Source: Spirogloea muscicola
Taxonomy: Eukaryota
Assembly: GCA_009602725.1 (NCBI GenBank)
Contig: WELB01000014.1
Span: forward strand, 970,437 to 1,034,436
Direction of reading: 5' to 3'
Length of the DNA: 64,000 nt
The notes under the pieces were generated by a model that saw only the letters and a program-made list of their open reading frames with translations, did no database searches and was not told the origin of the DNA. The translations under genes and the position numbers were made by a program. The stretch's first letter is position 1. Every line of letters starts with the position of its first letter. Positions 12,827 to 29,698 of this stretch are shown piece after piece.

Positions 12827-13926
12827 NNNNNNNNNNNNNNNNNNNNNNNNNNNNNNNNNNNNNNNNNNNNNNNNNNNNNNNNNNNNNNNNNNNNNNNNNN
12901 NNNNNNNNNNNNNNNNNNNNNNNNNNNNNNNNNNNNNNNNNNNNNNNNNNNNNNNNNNNNNNNNNNNNNNNNNNNNNNNNNNNNNNNNNNNNNNNNNNNN
13001 NNNNNNNNNNNNNNNNNNNNNNNNNNNNNNNNNNNNNNNNNNNNNNNNNNNNNNNNNNNNNNNNNNNNNNNNNNNNNNNNNNNNNNNNNNNNNNNNNNNN
13101 NNNNNNNNNNNNNNNNNNNNNNNNNNNNNNNNNNNNNNNNNNNNNNNNNNNNNNNNNNNNNNNNNNNNNNNNNNNNNNNNNNNNNNNNNNNNNNNNNNNN
13201 NNNNNNNNNNNNNNNNNNNNNNNNNNNNNNNNNNNNNNNNNNNNNNNNNNNNNNNNNNNNNNNNNNNNNNNNNNNNNNNNNNNNNNNNNNNNNNNNNNNN
13301 NNNNNNNNNNNNNNNNNNNNNNNNNNNNNNNNNNNNNNNNNNNNNNNNNNNNNNNNNNNNNNNNNNNNNNNNNNNNNNNNNNNNNNNNNNNNNNNNNNNN
13401 NNNNNNNNNNNNNNNNNNNNNNNNNNNNNNNNNNNNNNNNNNNNNNNNNNNNNNNNNNNNNNNNNNNNNNNNNNNNNNNNNNNNNNNNNNNNNNNNNNNN
13501 NNNNNNNNNNNNNNNNNNNNNNNNNNNNNNNNNNNNNNNNCGCTGCCGCCGCGGCCGCCGACGCCGCCGCCGCCGCCGCCGCAGTCGCGCTGACGGGGGC
13601 CCTGGCGCGCTGTCCTCTGAGGGACGCGGGCTAATCTCTTGCGGCCGTGGCGGAGGCAGCGGCAGCAGTGGCAACGGCGGCGTCAGTCTCGAGCCTCCGG
13701 ATGCTCGTCGCACCGCGTCGGCAGCTTCTCGTGGCGGCGCTGGCGGCGGCGGTGCCAGAGCCGGCGGCCCGGCGGCCTGGCGTGGCCGCGAGCGCGCGTG
13801 AAGCCAGAGGCGGACGTCACCAGCTGCCGCCAGTGATTGCCATCACCGCTGCCGCAGCCCACTCTTGCCGGCTCCAGCCGCTGCTCTGCTTGGAGGCCTA
13901 GTGAGGCTGCCAGCGCTCGAGGCGCC

Positions 13927-16900
13927 ATGGCGCTGCGGGACCTGGTCATGGGGGGTGCCGGCTGCTCCGCGCCGGGCGCCGGCCCGTCGTCATCCGCCAA
14001 CCCCCTCGGCGGCCTCGCCGAGGCGCTCATCGGCTCGACGTCCAAGACGCAGGTCAGCCGCAGACGAGGCGGCGCCCTCCTCCGCACGTCGCAAGCGCCG
14101 GCCGCAGCTCGCTTGCGCCCGAGCAGCGCGGCCCAGACCATGGCGCCCGTGACCCAGCTTCCGCGCCTTAGGCAGTGCCCTCGCACAGTCCGTGCAGACG
14201 CACTTTGCCACTGACACAAGCGCAACCAGATGGCGAATGTCTACAGCTCATCGTGGCATCGCTTCTGACTGCTGCTGTCGCCGCACAGGAGCGCCTGCGG
14301 GAGGTGCCGAGTCTGACAGGCCAGGGGGCCATGCCCCACGGCGTCGACCGCTTTGGCGTCGGCCCGCTCCCTGGGACTTCGCTGCCTGGCTCCGAGCTCG
14401 ACGGACGACTGGGCCTGCCGGTGCGTGCTGGCTCCGCGGTGCTTCCCTTCAGACCCTAGTTCAGGATAAGCTGAGCTGCCAAAGCTCCAGTCGTGGGGTT
14501 TGACGTGCACGTCAGAGCTCAACGGTGGTGGGATTGAGCATTGCGCATCTTTATGGCGGTTGCCAGCATGCTAAGCAATATGTGCCACTGTGCTCCACCT
14601 CTGTGGCAGGACTCGGACTTCCTGCGAGGCTTCCACGGCGAAGTCGGGGGCTTTGCAGATGCGTGGGAGGACGCGACGCGGAGGCCCGCTCTGGCGGGCC
14701 ACCTTCCTGCTCCGCCTCACCTCCAGGGCTACCACGCTCGGCCGCCTGGCAGCGCCGAGGAGGCGGCCATGTTTGGCGACTTTGAGCACATCTACGGGCA
14801 GCAGAGCGGGGTGCCGCCCCCGTTCCACCTTCCAGGTCATTCCTGCATCCATTATCCGCCAGCTTACGAGCATGTTGCGTGCACTTGCGGTCTTGCTTCT
14901 TCTCAATACTGCACGTGGACGTTGTGAAGGATCGGATATGAGAGAGATGACTGGAGTGACTAGTCTGACAGTTACTGTTTTCTCCGCCTGGTTGTGGAGT
15001 TGCTATAGCAAAGCTCGCTTACACTGTCATACAAGCAGACATGCTATAAGTGGTCTCAGTGTTGGGGGTGCGTGTTGCAGATGGCCAGCAGCAGGTGCTC
15101 TCGAGCTTCCTGCGGTCGTTCATGGCCGCTGGGCACAGCGCCGTGCCATTCCAGGGCGTGCCGCTCCCGGACCTTGGCCTCTCATACGTGGACAAGTGCA
15201 GGATCCGGGATCGCACGAGCATCATGGCTCGTCACGTATTTGCGGACCGGGGCGACGCATTCGTGGACGCACAGGTAGCTTCTGTGCTCTGTGCTTGATG
15301 GAATTTTGACGTATTCTGCTGTGTGTCTTTGGTACTACTGCTATTGTCATTAATGTCAATTGGTAAAAGTTTCCTTGCAATTTACGATGCATGCGCATTG
15401 CTGATCTGTAGGACCTAGGTTATGCTGAGATTTACTACTAAGGTAGTCTTAAATTGTGCTTCTCCCTCTTTCTTGCTGCGCAGGTCAGCGCTCTCCTGCA
15501 AGCGCTGCAGATCGATGGCGATTCAGCCAAGGTGCAAGGGCCAATGGGTGGCAGATTCACCGAGTTTGAGGACTACTGGCAAGAGGGTGCAGCAGGGCGC
15601 AACCCTGCAGCGCAGCGATGGGCAGACGAGTACACCAGCAGCTTCAGGGGTCGACCAGGGGGGTGGGCCAACGAGTTTCAGCAGGAGCAGCAGCCCGGCG
15701 ACGCGTGGGCGAACGAGTTTGAGCAGGTCTTGCCTCCACGCCACACTTTGCCGGTCACCACTGACCTGGTTCATGTTAGAGCTTGAAGCAGGCCGAGTAT
15801 CTGACTCCCATGAATGTTGTGGCACTTAGTAATATTGGGTCTGATGGTGGCGACGCTGTCGGCGAGCAGATGGGGGATGCAGCTCTATTGCGACCGCAGA
15901 ACAGAGAGATGCAGCACCTGGCTGCTCAGGAGCAGACGCGGGCTCTCGTCGACACCCTCTCGCAAAATCGAGACCCCAAATTCCAGGTAATTTGTTGCCA
16001 GTCTCTCAATAGGTCGGCAGATTAGGCAAGATCAGCAGAGCCAATCAAGTCAAAAAGATGAAGAGTAGATTTTTGTGTTGAAGTTACATGGGTTGCTTAG
16101 AGTCAGGTGCTTGAGGGCACGTGCATTTGCTCGGTTAACAAATGGTCTATCTGTCAGCACAAGGTGGTGATTGTGCGGCCCAATCACCATCTTTACAGAG
16201 CCAAGTGCAATGTCTACTGCAGAATTCCAAGTTCTTGCAATTCGTGTCAAAGATGAGCAGGGGCGACCTGATTGTCGACGGCAACCAGGTCAAGGCTAGT
16301 GGCGCAAACGGCTGGGCTGAGGAGTTTGACGGTCTGCACCACAATAGGCATAATGGCGGGGCGTGGGCGTCTGAGTTCACTAACACCAAGGTGATCTACT
16401 CAGTACATAATTTGCAAATATTAAAAGAACCCAGCCCCTGGATCTCATGCCGTAGTATTCAGGTCCATCTTACCTCGTGGGCCTGAGAGCTTTCAGTATT
16501 TATGCCCTGTGCCACAGCGATGTGTGCCTTAAATCTTAGTGCAAATTCACTGCCTCCAAGCTGAGCAGAAAGAATCAGCAGCAAAGCTCTGGCTTGACCA
16601 CGTGGGAAATGTCTCCAACTTCGGGCAGCCCACTTGGGAGGATGAGTTTGTTCAAGAGCGCCAGCTTGGGGGTGAAGGATGGGCGAGCGAGTTTCAAAAA
16701 CAGCACCAAGGCCAAGACTGGGCAAACGAATTTGGGGATAGACTGGCCGAGGGCGTGTTGGAGAACGACGGACCGGTGGATCAAGGGTGGCTGGACTCAT
16801 ACAATCAGTCAGTTCCTCCGATCTGTGGCTCTGATCTCTCGCACAGCATGGTTTGTGATTATCAGCATGGTTTATGATTATCACCCAACTCGAAAGGCTG

Positions 16901-18650
16901 AAGCAGGGCTGTCATGCAGCACGTAAGGTGGGCACGGAAGTACATGGTGCACTGACGAGGTTATGGGTACGCAGGTTTGTGGAGGAGCAAGTGCAGGGAG
17001 AGTCAGGAGCTACCCCTTCGGCATCTCGATGGGCGTACGTATTCTCAGACCAGAACCCCTATGTGGGCCACGCGAACCCGCTTTCAGAAGGCCAGGGGCT
17101 TTTCCGCAGGTGGGTCCTCGCAAAACCCTTGTGCAGTCTTCAGACCCCCCATGTGCTCCGCTCCACTGTGGTGGTGAATCGTGCTTGCTTCTGCATTCTA
17201 GACAGTGAATGCCGTATGGAGCAATCCAGGTTCCAGAAGTCAAGCTAGGGCGCTCGCGCCCGCACTAGTTAATGCTCTTTCAAGCTGTGATGCGGTCTCG
17301 AACGGAAAAGTTGATGTCATTCGCTTTCTATACTCGTCACACACAACTTCTATTTATGAGTACCTGTCCTTATGTGGCTAGGGGTCTGCTAAGTGAAGCT
17401 GTATTGGCCCTGGAAGCGGAGGTGCTGAAGAATCCCAACAATGCAGAAGGATGGCGGTTGCTCGGCATAACTCATGCTGAGAATGACGACGATCGTCAGG
17501 TGCTGAGCAAACCTGCATACAGCTCAGGTTCTACAGCTTGTCATAAGCAATCACAGGCATAAGCGGCCAGCTACTGTGGTCAGCCTTGGTCGAAGTGATG
17601 ACGTCTTCTGATACCTGCAGGCAATTGCATCGATGGTGAGAGCCAGAGACGCTGATCCCAGCAATCTGGAGGTGCTGCTGGCCTTGGGAGTGAGCCACAC
17701 CAATGAGCTTGATCAGGCAGAAGCTCTGCACTATCTGCGGAGTTGGCTTCAACTTCATCCAGCGTACAAGGGACTGATTCCCCCCGAGCAAGTTGACCGC
17801 CTCACACATGGAGAGGTGAGGAGGACTTCCTCGTGGCTTGCTTGCCTTGTACAAAGTTGTTCATAAGCTTTGGCGTGTCTTTCTTGGTCAAGAACAATCA
17901 TGAGATGATGTTGATTACACACGAGTCAATATTTATGATTGTCATCGGGTGCGCCAGGTGGCAAGCCTCTTCACAGAAGCCGTGCGACTTGCACCTGAAG
18001 ATGCCGACGTGCACACAGTGCTCGGAGTGCTCTTCAATCTTTCCAGAGAGTACGAACGAGCCATCGACGCATTCCAGAAGGCCCTGTCCCTTCGCAAGGA
18101 TGACTACTCCTTGTGGAACAAGCTGGGCGCAACACAGGCCAATAGCGCTCATAGCTCAGAAGCCATTGAGGCCTATCAGCAGGTCAGTACTGTGACCCAG
18201 ACTTTGTTGCAATGTGGGTCACATTGCTTCTTGTGCTCAAGAGGCATCACTGAAGTGACAGCCGATGTTGCTTGTCCTTGGATTTGTTTAAGGGAACTTG
18301 TAGGAAGTCTTGGGGTTGCTGGATGCAAGGAGTCATTCTATGTTTTTAGATGTGTTTGCAGTTAATGAGCACAGATGGACTTACAGCAGATGTACTTCTT
18401 TACTTGGCAGGCTTTAGATTTGAAGCCCAACTATGTGAGGGCTTGGTCAAACATGGGCATAGGTTATGCTAATCAAGGGCGGTATGAGGAGTCCATCCGC
18501 TACTACGTCCGAGCGTTGGCAATGAACCCAAAGGCTGAGAACGCGTGGCAGTACTTGAGAATATCTCTCAGTTGCATGAGTAGGAGCGACATGCTGGAAG
18601 CATGTGACAGGCACGATCTGGCACTCCTTCAGAAGGAGTTTCCTCTGTAG
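13927..18650 (+). CDS. PEX5: Peroxisomal PTS1 import receptor PEX5
   Basis: Plant PEX5 N-terminus [13 protein letters not shown] (conserved Cys), multiple WxxxF/Y motifs (WADEY, WANEF, WAEEF, WASEF, WEDEF), PEX7-binding segment [17 protein letters not shown], and C-terminal TPRs ([42 protein letters not shown]). Ends KEFPL*. Confidence 0.97.
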
Positions 18651-20205
18651 GATCACACTACCACTTAAAACAAGAGACCATTATTACCAAAGGTTTTGGA
18701 GCTGCATTAGTCCTCAACACTAGGATATTCCTCACAACTTCAGTGAACATGCGCCCAATGGCCAACTTGCAAGACAGGCATGATACTCAGCACCAGTCGT
18801 TAGGCGCTTTCTTGACTCTGCCAGATATCAGAGTGATGTGCTGTCAAGTGCAGGTTCAGATGGATTTCTTTTAGTGACTACCTTTCACGACAATATTTTG
18901 AGTGCTACTCAGTCCCTCCTCCGTGATCAGGGGGCAACAATGACGGGCAACACGGGGATGCTTCAATTCAGATTGCATTGAGATCGCTATGCTTTACAGA
19001 ACATTTTTCACGTTTTCAGTGACTCCTTCTGAAGATGATGAATAGAAGGCTGCATGGTGCACCCTCTCCTCATTAAGGAGGATAGCTGATGAGAGAAGAC
19101 CGACCGATCATCAGTCACAACCTTCTTGCATCGCGCCTATGCAGCAGGTTAGCATTGTAATAGAGAACAGCAAGCTGACCACGGTGGAAACTCATAGCAC
19201 TGGTCAATGTCCTGGTCCTGTGAACTTCCAGGGAGAGGGCGGTGTTGGTGACTGCATAGTACATGGTGTAGTGAAAGGGTGCCAAGCAATGAAGAGCAAG
19301 AAGAGTGTAATTGATGACTATTTACCCAGTGTCCATCACAAGTGAGCATACCACAGGATAAATCCAGAGGTTTTGAGAAGTAGTGCAGCAGCTGGCCAGA
19401 CTTTAGAAGGTGCCAAACAATCTGATCAAAGCCTTGTGGTATACACGAAAGAATCTGCTTCCTCCTCCATTTGCTTAGTTGGTCGCAGTCCACCAACTCT
19501 GGTCATTTGCTCGTGATGCTTGAGCATGCCATGCCCTTCACCTTTTCCCTTTGCGGCACTGACTGGCTGGTGCAGCTCCGGTGCCTACTTCAGGCCAGAA
19601 TGCACCTTGTTGGGGTGTCCGCCCTGTGTTTATAGCACAATGTTGATGTGCTGGGGGAATTGGACACTGTCGTCGTGATGGCTGGACATCTCCAATGTAG
19701 ATGACGATCAGGACACCCCCATTGGTAGATGCTTGGGCGGCTCCTCCTGTGTCGACACCTAGCAGATGTCAAACATTGGTTCCACCAACAGAAGAAGCGA
19801 TTGGCAAGACCAAACTGCCGTCTAATCCAAGGTGCATCTATGTGGGCTACAACCAAAGCACCATTGCTCTTGATCTGCTCATAAGGGAAGAGCCTGGTCT
19901 CTACTTCGTACATCTCAACAGCCGGCAAACTATCAAGCTCATTGTGCGTTCTATGTCTGCCAGCTTTGGTAACCAACTCAAGCCTGAACGTTACTTCATC
20001 AACAACGAGATTGAGCATGATACACCCTGCCATCTGCACACAACCCTTCCCCAGTGGTTGAACATCAAAACATAGACAAAACGGTTGCTGCTCAAGGGAC
20101 ATGCTTCACTTGCCAGTACATCTGCACCCATGCAATACTCACCGCATAGGAATTCATGGCGCAGCGTAGCCCCAGCTGGTGCACCGACCATCGACGAGCA
20201 GTTTC

Positions 20206-23200
20206 TCAAGGGTCCACATTGTTCTCTTCCATGGCCACAATCAATGCCATCCGCTCATAGACCTGATCCAGCGGGAAGTAGGTGTGCTATCATCAAGAGC
20301 TGGCAGTAGAGGGCCCTGTGCATGCAGCAATCCTATCACGGGTCCGCTGAGAGCAAAACTTTAAGTGAAGGCACTAGTCAAGCCTTGCTGCTAACTTGCA
20401 AATCAACACTGGCAACCTGAGCATATCATATATGCAGCAAGGAGAGGAGGAGGGTGCAGACCTTGGACAGCTGCCCCTTGGCCCTCGTCCGCGCCTCCTG
20501 GCTCATTTGCAGCGACGACTGGGTGCGGAGTGCCGCCTGGTGCCGCAAGGCCTGGGGCCAAGAACAGATGTGCAGATATGGCCGAGTATGAGCGGGCACC
20601 TGTCATACTATGCATCTTGCACGAGTAGCTACAGCTGCACCGGATGTCCTCTTGATGGACAGGGCTTCAAGACCTTACTCAGTTGATCCATGGATTAGGT
20701 GTTGGGCCTGCTAGCTAAACCTTGCGAGCGAGGCTCCGCTTCTCAGCTGCCAGAGCCGCGCTGCCAGCCCTTGGAAGCTGCCTCGCCCTGCCTCCACTAG
20801 GGACGCTGTCCTGCTGGCTATAGCTGCGCAATGGGGGATGCCCCTGCTCCGCGGACGCTTCTGGGTCATACCTGCCACACACCGCAGCGCGACAAAGTGA
20901 CTTCCATTACGAAATTGCAATGCATCCCGCCTTTCAGCCTTGTGGTCAGCCATACTGGCATCACGGCTGACCCATCAGACTGTGGCAATGTTCTAAAGCC
21001 AAAGCAGAAGCAGGTGACATGCTTAGCTCAGGCCAGTATCTGCTGGGCCTTCTTCTGTACATCTTGTGAGAGACTAAGCTGGCACTTAGAAACAGAGACC
21101 AAATGCTGCTGACAATGACTGCAATATATCATGAATTTGGGTCGAAGTAGTGATGTCTAGTCCAAGCAATGGCGACGCACATACCACGACCGGGGCAGGC
21201 CGGCCTTCGCTCGGGCGGCGTGGTCAAAAGGGCCGCGCAGGCCGTCAACGGCGTGATGCGCGACGTGGCCTGCAGGCGCGTCGGAGCAATTGCAAATTCG
21301 GCGGAATGTAAATCAGCTATATGCGCAAGCAAAGAGGAGCGGCGCAGAGAACGTACATCACGTTACTTTGCGCAATGTTGTTGTTTAGAAAAGCAAAGGC
21401 TGAGAGCTAGGAGTCTGAGGCTAGCGTCGAAGCTTGAGACTCAGGACTCCTACGATCCGCTCTGTTTGCAGACCTACTCAGGGCGAGGTTTGCGCATAGG
21501 TTACTCTCGTGCCGGAGGGGCACCACCTCGGAAGCTCGCCCCAGGGTCCGCGCCTATGCGCTTGCAGATGTGGAGGAACCAGTCCACGCCGACCGCAACA
21601 TGCGCAAGCTCCTCCTGCGCGATGCGCCGCACGATGGCCGCGGACCGTGCATCACCAAGGCCGGTCAGTCGCTCCGCTAGCCGCGGCCCGGCATCCAGGC
21701 CCCTTGCCTCCTGGACAGTACAAGCACCGAAGGCTCAGGGCTTGGCTTTCTGAGCTTCTGGAACAACAACTTAAACTGTAAAAGGCAACTGATGCCGAAG
21801 GCCAAGCCTCAGCCATAAATCAGAAGTGTCAGAAATAAGGAGAGCATAGATGTCTTCAACATTGAAGATACCATTATAGATTGATGTTAGTGATATTAGA
21901 CACGGGAGTAAAGTATAGATAAAGCAGCATAAAAGGGCTGTAGAAGAAAGGCCCCTGAGCCTCTCCTCACAGGAGACGCAGCTGCTAGCTGCAGAGTTGG
22001 GCCAGCTTCACTTGTCGACCGACCTGCATCATGGGGATGACAGCGAGCCGGGAGCTGACATCCGCGGCTGATCGCTCGCAGCCGTCCCACAGGAGATTGT
22101 GTGCCGGCATGTCGCCGTACCTGCGACGCACGGGCCACAAGGAGCTCAACAAGCCTAAGTATGTCTCCGGTAGAGCAACGGAAAGCCTCAACAGGTGGCA
22201 CTTTCTTGGCTCCGCACTCACGACATCCTTCCAGGAACTCATGAGTAGGCAGGAGAGCACAGGACCTGGCTCAGGATGGTGGAGTGTAGAGGTTTGGCAG
22301 ATCAGAAGTTGGTAAAGGTGCTCACCGGAAGCCGAGCTCCTCAAGCCGCTGCAGGCACCAGAGGAGGTGCCGGCTCTCGTCGTCCGCGACGCGAGCAAAG
22401 TCTGCAAAGAAGCAGTCGCTCAGGAGGGCGCCACTGCCGCTGCCGCACTCCTTGGTGGGCTCCTGCCCCCTGAGCTCCATGGCCCTCGGCGGCCCCTCCC
22501 CGTCCACTCCCGCTTCTTCCTGCACCTGCTTTCGGGGTGCAGCGGCCTCCTCGGCCAGGCCCGCGAAGCGCACGACGGTGTCCCAGGCAAGGTCGATGGC
22601 GTTGAGCTCGATGTGCGCAAGGTTGTGGAGGGTGTGCGCCGCCCATGGCAGCGGCGAGCCCCGCCCAGGCTGCGGCACATCCCGCGGATGTACCTGCCGC
22701 CATCACGCCGCCGCCACACAATCTCCCGCTGGCTGAGGACGAGGCCAACACTCAGACAAGTGGTATTGTAGAAGGGATATATTTGACCACAGTCCACACA
22801 TCCTAACCCTAAATCCTAAACCCTAGATCCTACTGTAACCCAACCCGTTAACCCGCTGAAATCTATTCAGGTGTGTTGGGTCTGCTTTGGACACTAGAGT
22901 TCAAAATTCAGGAACATGTCGAGGATCTTATGGGTTGTGAGGTCCATAACTCCCATCTAAAAGCATTGCGTAAGAGAGTCGAGACGCCTCTCGCCCCCCC
23001 CCCATGCCAGTGGACGCCAACGCAACTGGACAACAATCAGATGGGGGGGCTTGCATGGCACTGGCAATGGAAGGCCTCTCTCTGCCCTTCCAAAAGCTCT
23101 GAGCAACCGACGAGCGGCTGTGGCTGCAGGCCCAGAGCTGGTCATTCTAGCTGGCGGCCTTTCTGCGCAAGGTCGACTGTGCTCGGCGACGGCGCAAGAA

Positions 23201-23647
23201 GCAAAACCCAGATCCCTGATACTCCGCACTACCTTAACCCCTAAGCACTTGCCCTCTCCAGGCTGCGCGTCTGGCATTCAGGGTTTGGGTTTTAGAGGTT
23301 ATAGAGGGTAGGGTTTAGGCTGCGGCTGGAGGATGGAGTGTGTATTGAGTGATGGAGGGCCTGAGTGGCCAAGTACACAGGCAAGCACACACTGACAGGT
23401 GTACAACGACTGCTGCTAAGCCGACGCGCTCAGGCAGGCAGGCAGGGGGAGTCACTGACCAGCCGCGGCAGCGCCGGCCGCGCAGGCCGTGCCGGCGGGG
23501 CTGCGGTTCCCACTGGGAGGCCGCCGGCGGCGAGGGCGGCGAAGGCGGCGTGCGTGAGGCGCGCCTTCTCGGCGGGCTCCGGCGTCAGGAGCACCACGCG
23601 GCCCCACTCAGCCAGCGTCGCCGGCGCCTCGCCGCCGCCATCGCCGC
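20206..23647 (-). CDS. DUF455 ferritin-like di-iron family protein; start uncertain because of single N at 23648
   Basis: Spliced: PARPARPALPRL|VHPRDVP...LHNLAHIELNAIDLAWDTVVRF...DFARVADDESRH...|YGDMPAHNLLW...MMQ|EARGLDAGPR...IAQEELAHVAVGVDWF...LRGPFDHAARAKAGLPRSW|YDP...|VYERMALIVAMEENNVDP*. ExxH di-iron ligands are present. Confidence 0.9.
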
Positions 23648-23990
23648 NAGCACGGCTCCCCCCGCTCTGTGGCACCTCCGGCCCTCCTAGTATAGGGCCT
23701 CTTTTCATGTAGCCACATTCTTTGCGCTGCATTCTTTGCACTTTCTGCATTTTCTGCCTGAACAATGTAATGGCTTGAATTGGCCTCGCTTTAATTTCAT
23801 GCGCACCGCGCGCCTTCTCCCTGCTAAGCAGCCGCAGATCAGAGATGCTGGGCTCCTGGAAGTGGGTCCCCTGGCCTAAGGATCGCTCGGAAGAAAGTGA
23901 CTCTCCCAAACCATCAGTAGATGGAGGGCCTGAGTTGCCAAGTGCGAAGGCAAGCACGGAAGGGGTGGGCTGTGGAGGCGCTTGTGGATT

Positions 23991-24000
23991 CTATTTATAG
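23991..24000 (-). promoter_or_regulatory. Possible TATA box (CTATAAATAG)
   Basis: Plant TATA consensus on the minus strand about 350 bp upstream of the first recognisable DUF455 codons. It could instead belong to an LTR remnant. Confidence 0.3.
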
Positions 24001-25742
24001 GCTGGCCGTTCACAACCGCCGCCCTTACAGAGGCTGCTTCACTCTTCTTTCTTCACAGCCATCCCTTCAGCTTGGGATGCGTCTCCTTGTTTCGTCATCA
24101 CCTTATAATAGCTTCCCTCCCTTGCCTTTGCCGTCCACTTGCATGTCGGCCGCGCCTTGGCTGCTGCCTCCGGGTGCCGTCAGGGCGACGCTTTTCCGCC
24201 CTCTAGTTATTCTGACGTGCACTTGCTGACGAGAGGTTATTGAGCGCCAACTTGCTGACGTCTTAATAGAGACTAGTATCCTGCTTTTTGCGCCATCCGG
24301 CCCTTATTGTGGGTAAGCCACTTCGCTTCCTTGGTTTCGTCCGGTCGTTTTGGGGCTACCCTTTCCACAGCCCTCGCCCCATTTGATTTACCTTTCTCCT
24401 TTGAGGCCCCCTTTGAATGAGCTTACATTCTTCTCACAACCATCGTTGTACTTTCTAAGAGCTTTGGAAGAGCTACTTCCAGAGAGGGCGAGGTCTGTGA
24501 AAAGCCATTCCACAAAAGAACGAACGAAGAAGAAGCTCATCCGAAGGGGGCATAACGTAGCTGTGGAAAGCCAGCCCAAACTGGACAGACAACCTTGGGA
24601 CGGAGGCAGTGACCAGTGTGCCGCTGCTCGGTCTCCTCCTGAGTCATTCAAGATTGCCGTCCTCGTCCAGACCATATGTGCAGAATATCATGTATACATA
24701 CACACACGAAGGAATTGCTCCTTGTTTATACATTGTGGGCTGGCCGCTCACAGCCTCTGCTGTGGAAGAGTGTTCCTCTTTCTATCTTGGGCCTTGCACA
24801 GCCATCGCCACCTCTAGAAGTGGAGCTACTTCTCTGGAAGAGCTTCTCTTCCATCTCCATACGAACCGCGCGCCTTCTCCGCGGACGAGCTGCTTCCTCA
24901 ATGGGAGAGCTTCGCCAATCCCGACCGACGGAGCTCACCCACACAAGGCGCGTCAGCGTGGTCGCCAATTTGCCTGGCGGCAGCAGCATATCTATAAAGT
25001 GTTTGAGCTCTCCCTTCTGCCCTTGTGCCATCTGTCCAAGCTGGCCTTTCGTAGTAAGCAGCTCAAACGCGTCGACAAGCCTAAGCGGCATGAGATTGTC
25101 CCATTAGTGATGACGTCCACGGGGCTCTTGGGGGAAGGGGGGGATAGCTACGTAAGGCCAGCCCTATGGGCTTCTGGCTGCTTTCGGCAAGCGAGCAAGT
25201 ACACATGCTGTGGGCTCTCTGGGTTATCACGTGCATTTATCCATTAGGTTGCAGCAAAGCAGGCTCGCGCCTTACGTGCTGGCTGTGCTTGCCTTGGCTG
25301 CTTTCCCCGATCTTGGCAAGGCAACTCTTCTCAACTACCCCTTCTGACTTGCGCTTCTTGACGAGGACTTATTGAGTGGCCACCGGTAGGAGCCACTCAT
25401 ACAGCTTGAAGTGGTTGGCGCATTTGTGTTGGGGCTTCCCCTTTGACCTTGTTCATTCTGTTGGGATGGACCTTCAAAGCCATTGCCTCCTCTTGACGAA
25501 GCTGCTTACTCTCCGTCGCAGTGAGCACAGGCCCGCTGAGCTCTGTCTCCTGTCCTCTCAGAAGGGACTACAGCCACAATGCAAGCCTGCTCAAAAGATG
25601 ACGGAATTACTTGCAAGTAGAGCTTCTCCAAGTGGGTGGTAACGGGAAGAGCATGCTGACAGACACCCTGGTAGAGCCTGTTGTAACCCAGGTTGCCGCA
25701 CTACATACTCTAAGTCTGTGGACAGTGGCGTCGCAGAGCCTG

Positions 25743-29407
<3,665 letters not shown>

Positions 29408-29698
29408 CTTGGGACGCAGGGAGACCCAGGCGGAGCCCGCCGTTCCCGCGCCAGACAGATTTGCAGCAATTTGCCTGGTTCTGACGCTCTGACGGATACT
29501 TGCGCCCGGGCCAGGCCAAAACCCCCAAACGGCTCGGCGCCACCGGACGCGGCGCGGTCTGCGGCGGCGTTCGCCGCGGCGGCGGCGGCGGCGGCTGCGG
29601 CGGTGTCTGCGGCGGCAGCAGCGGCGGCGGCGGAGGCGGCGACGGTATCTTGAGACGAGGCGGAGCGAGGAGGCGAGGCCGGGAGATCCTCTGCCGCC

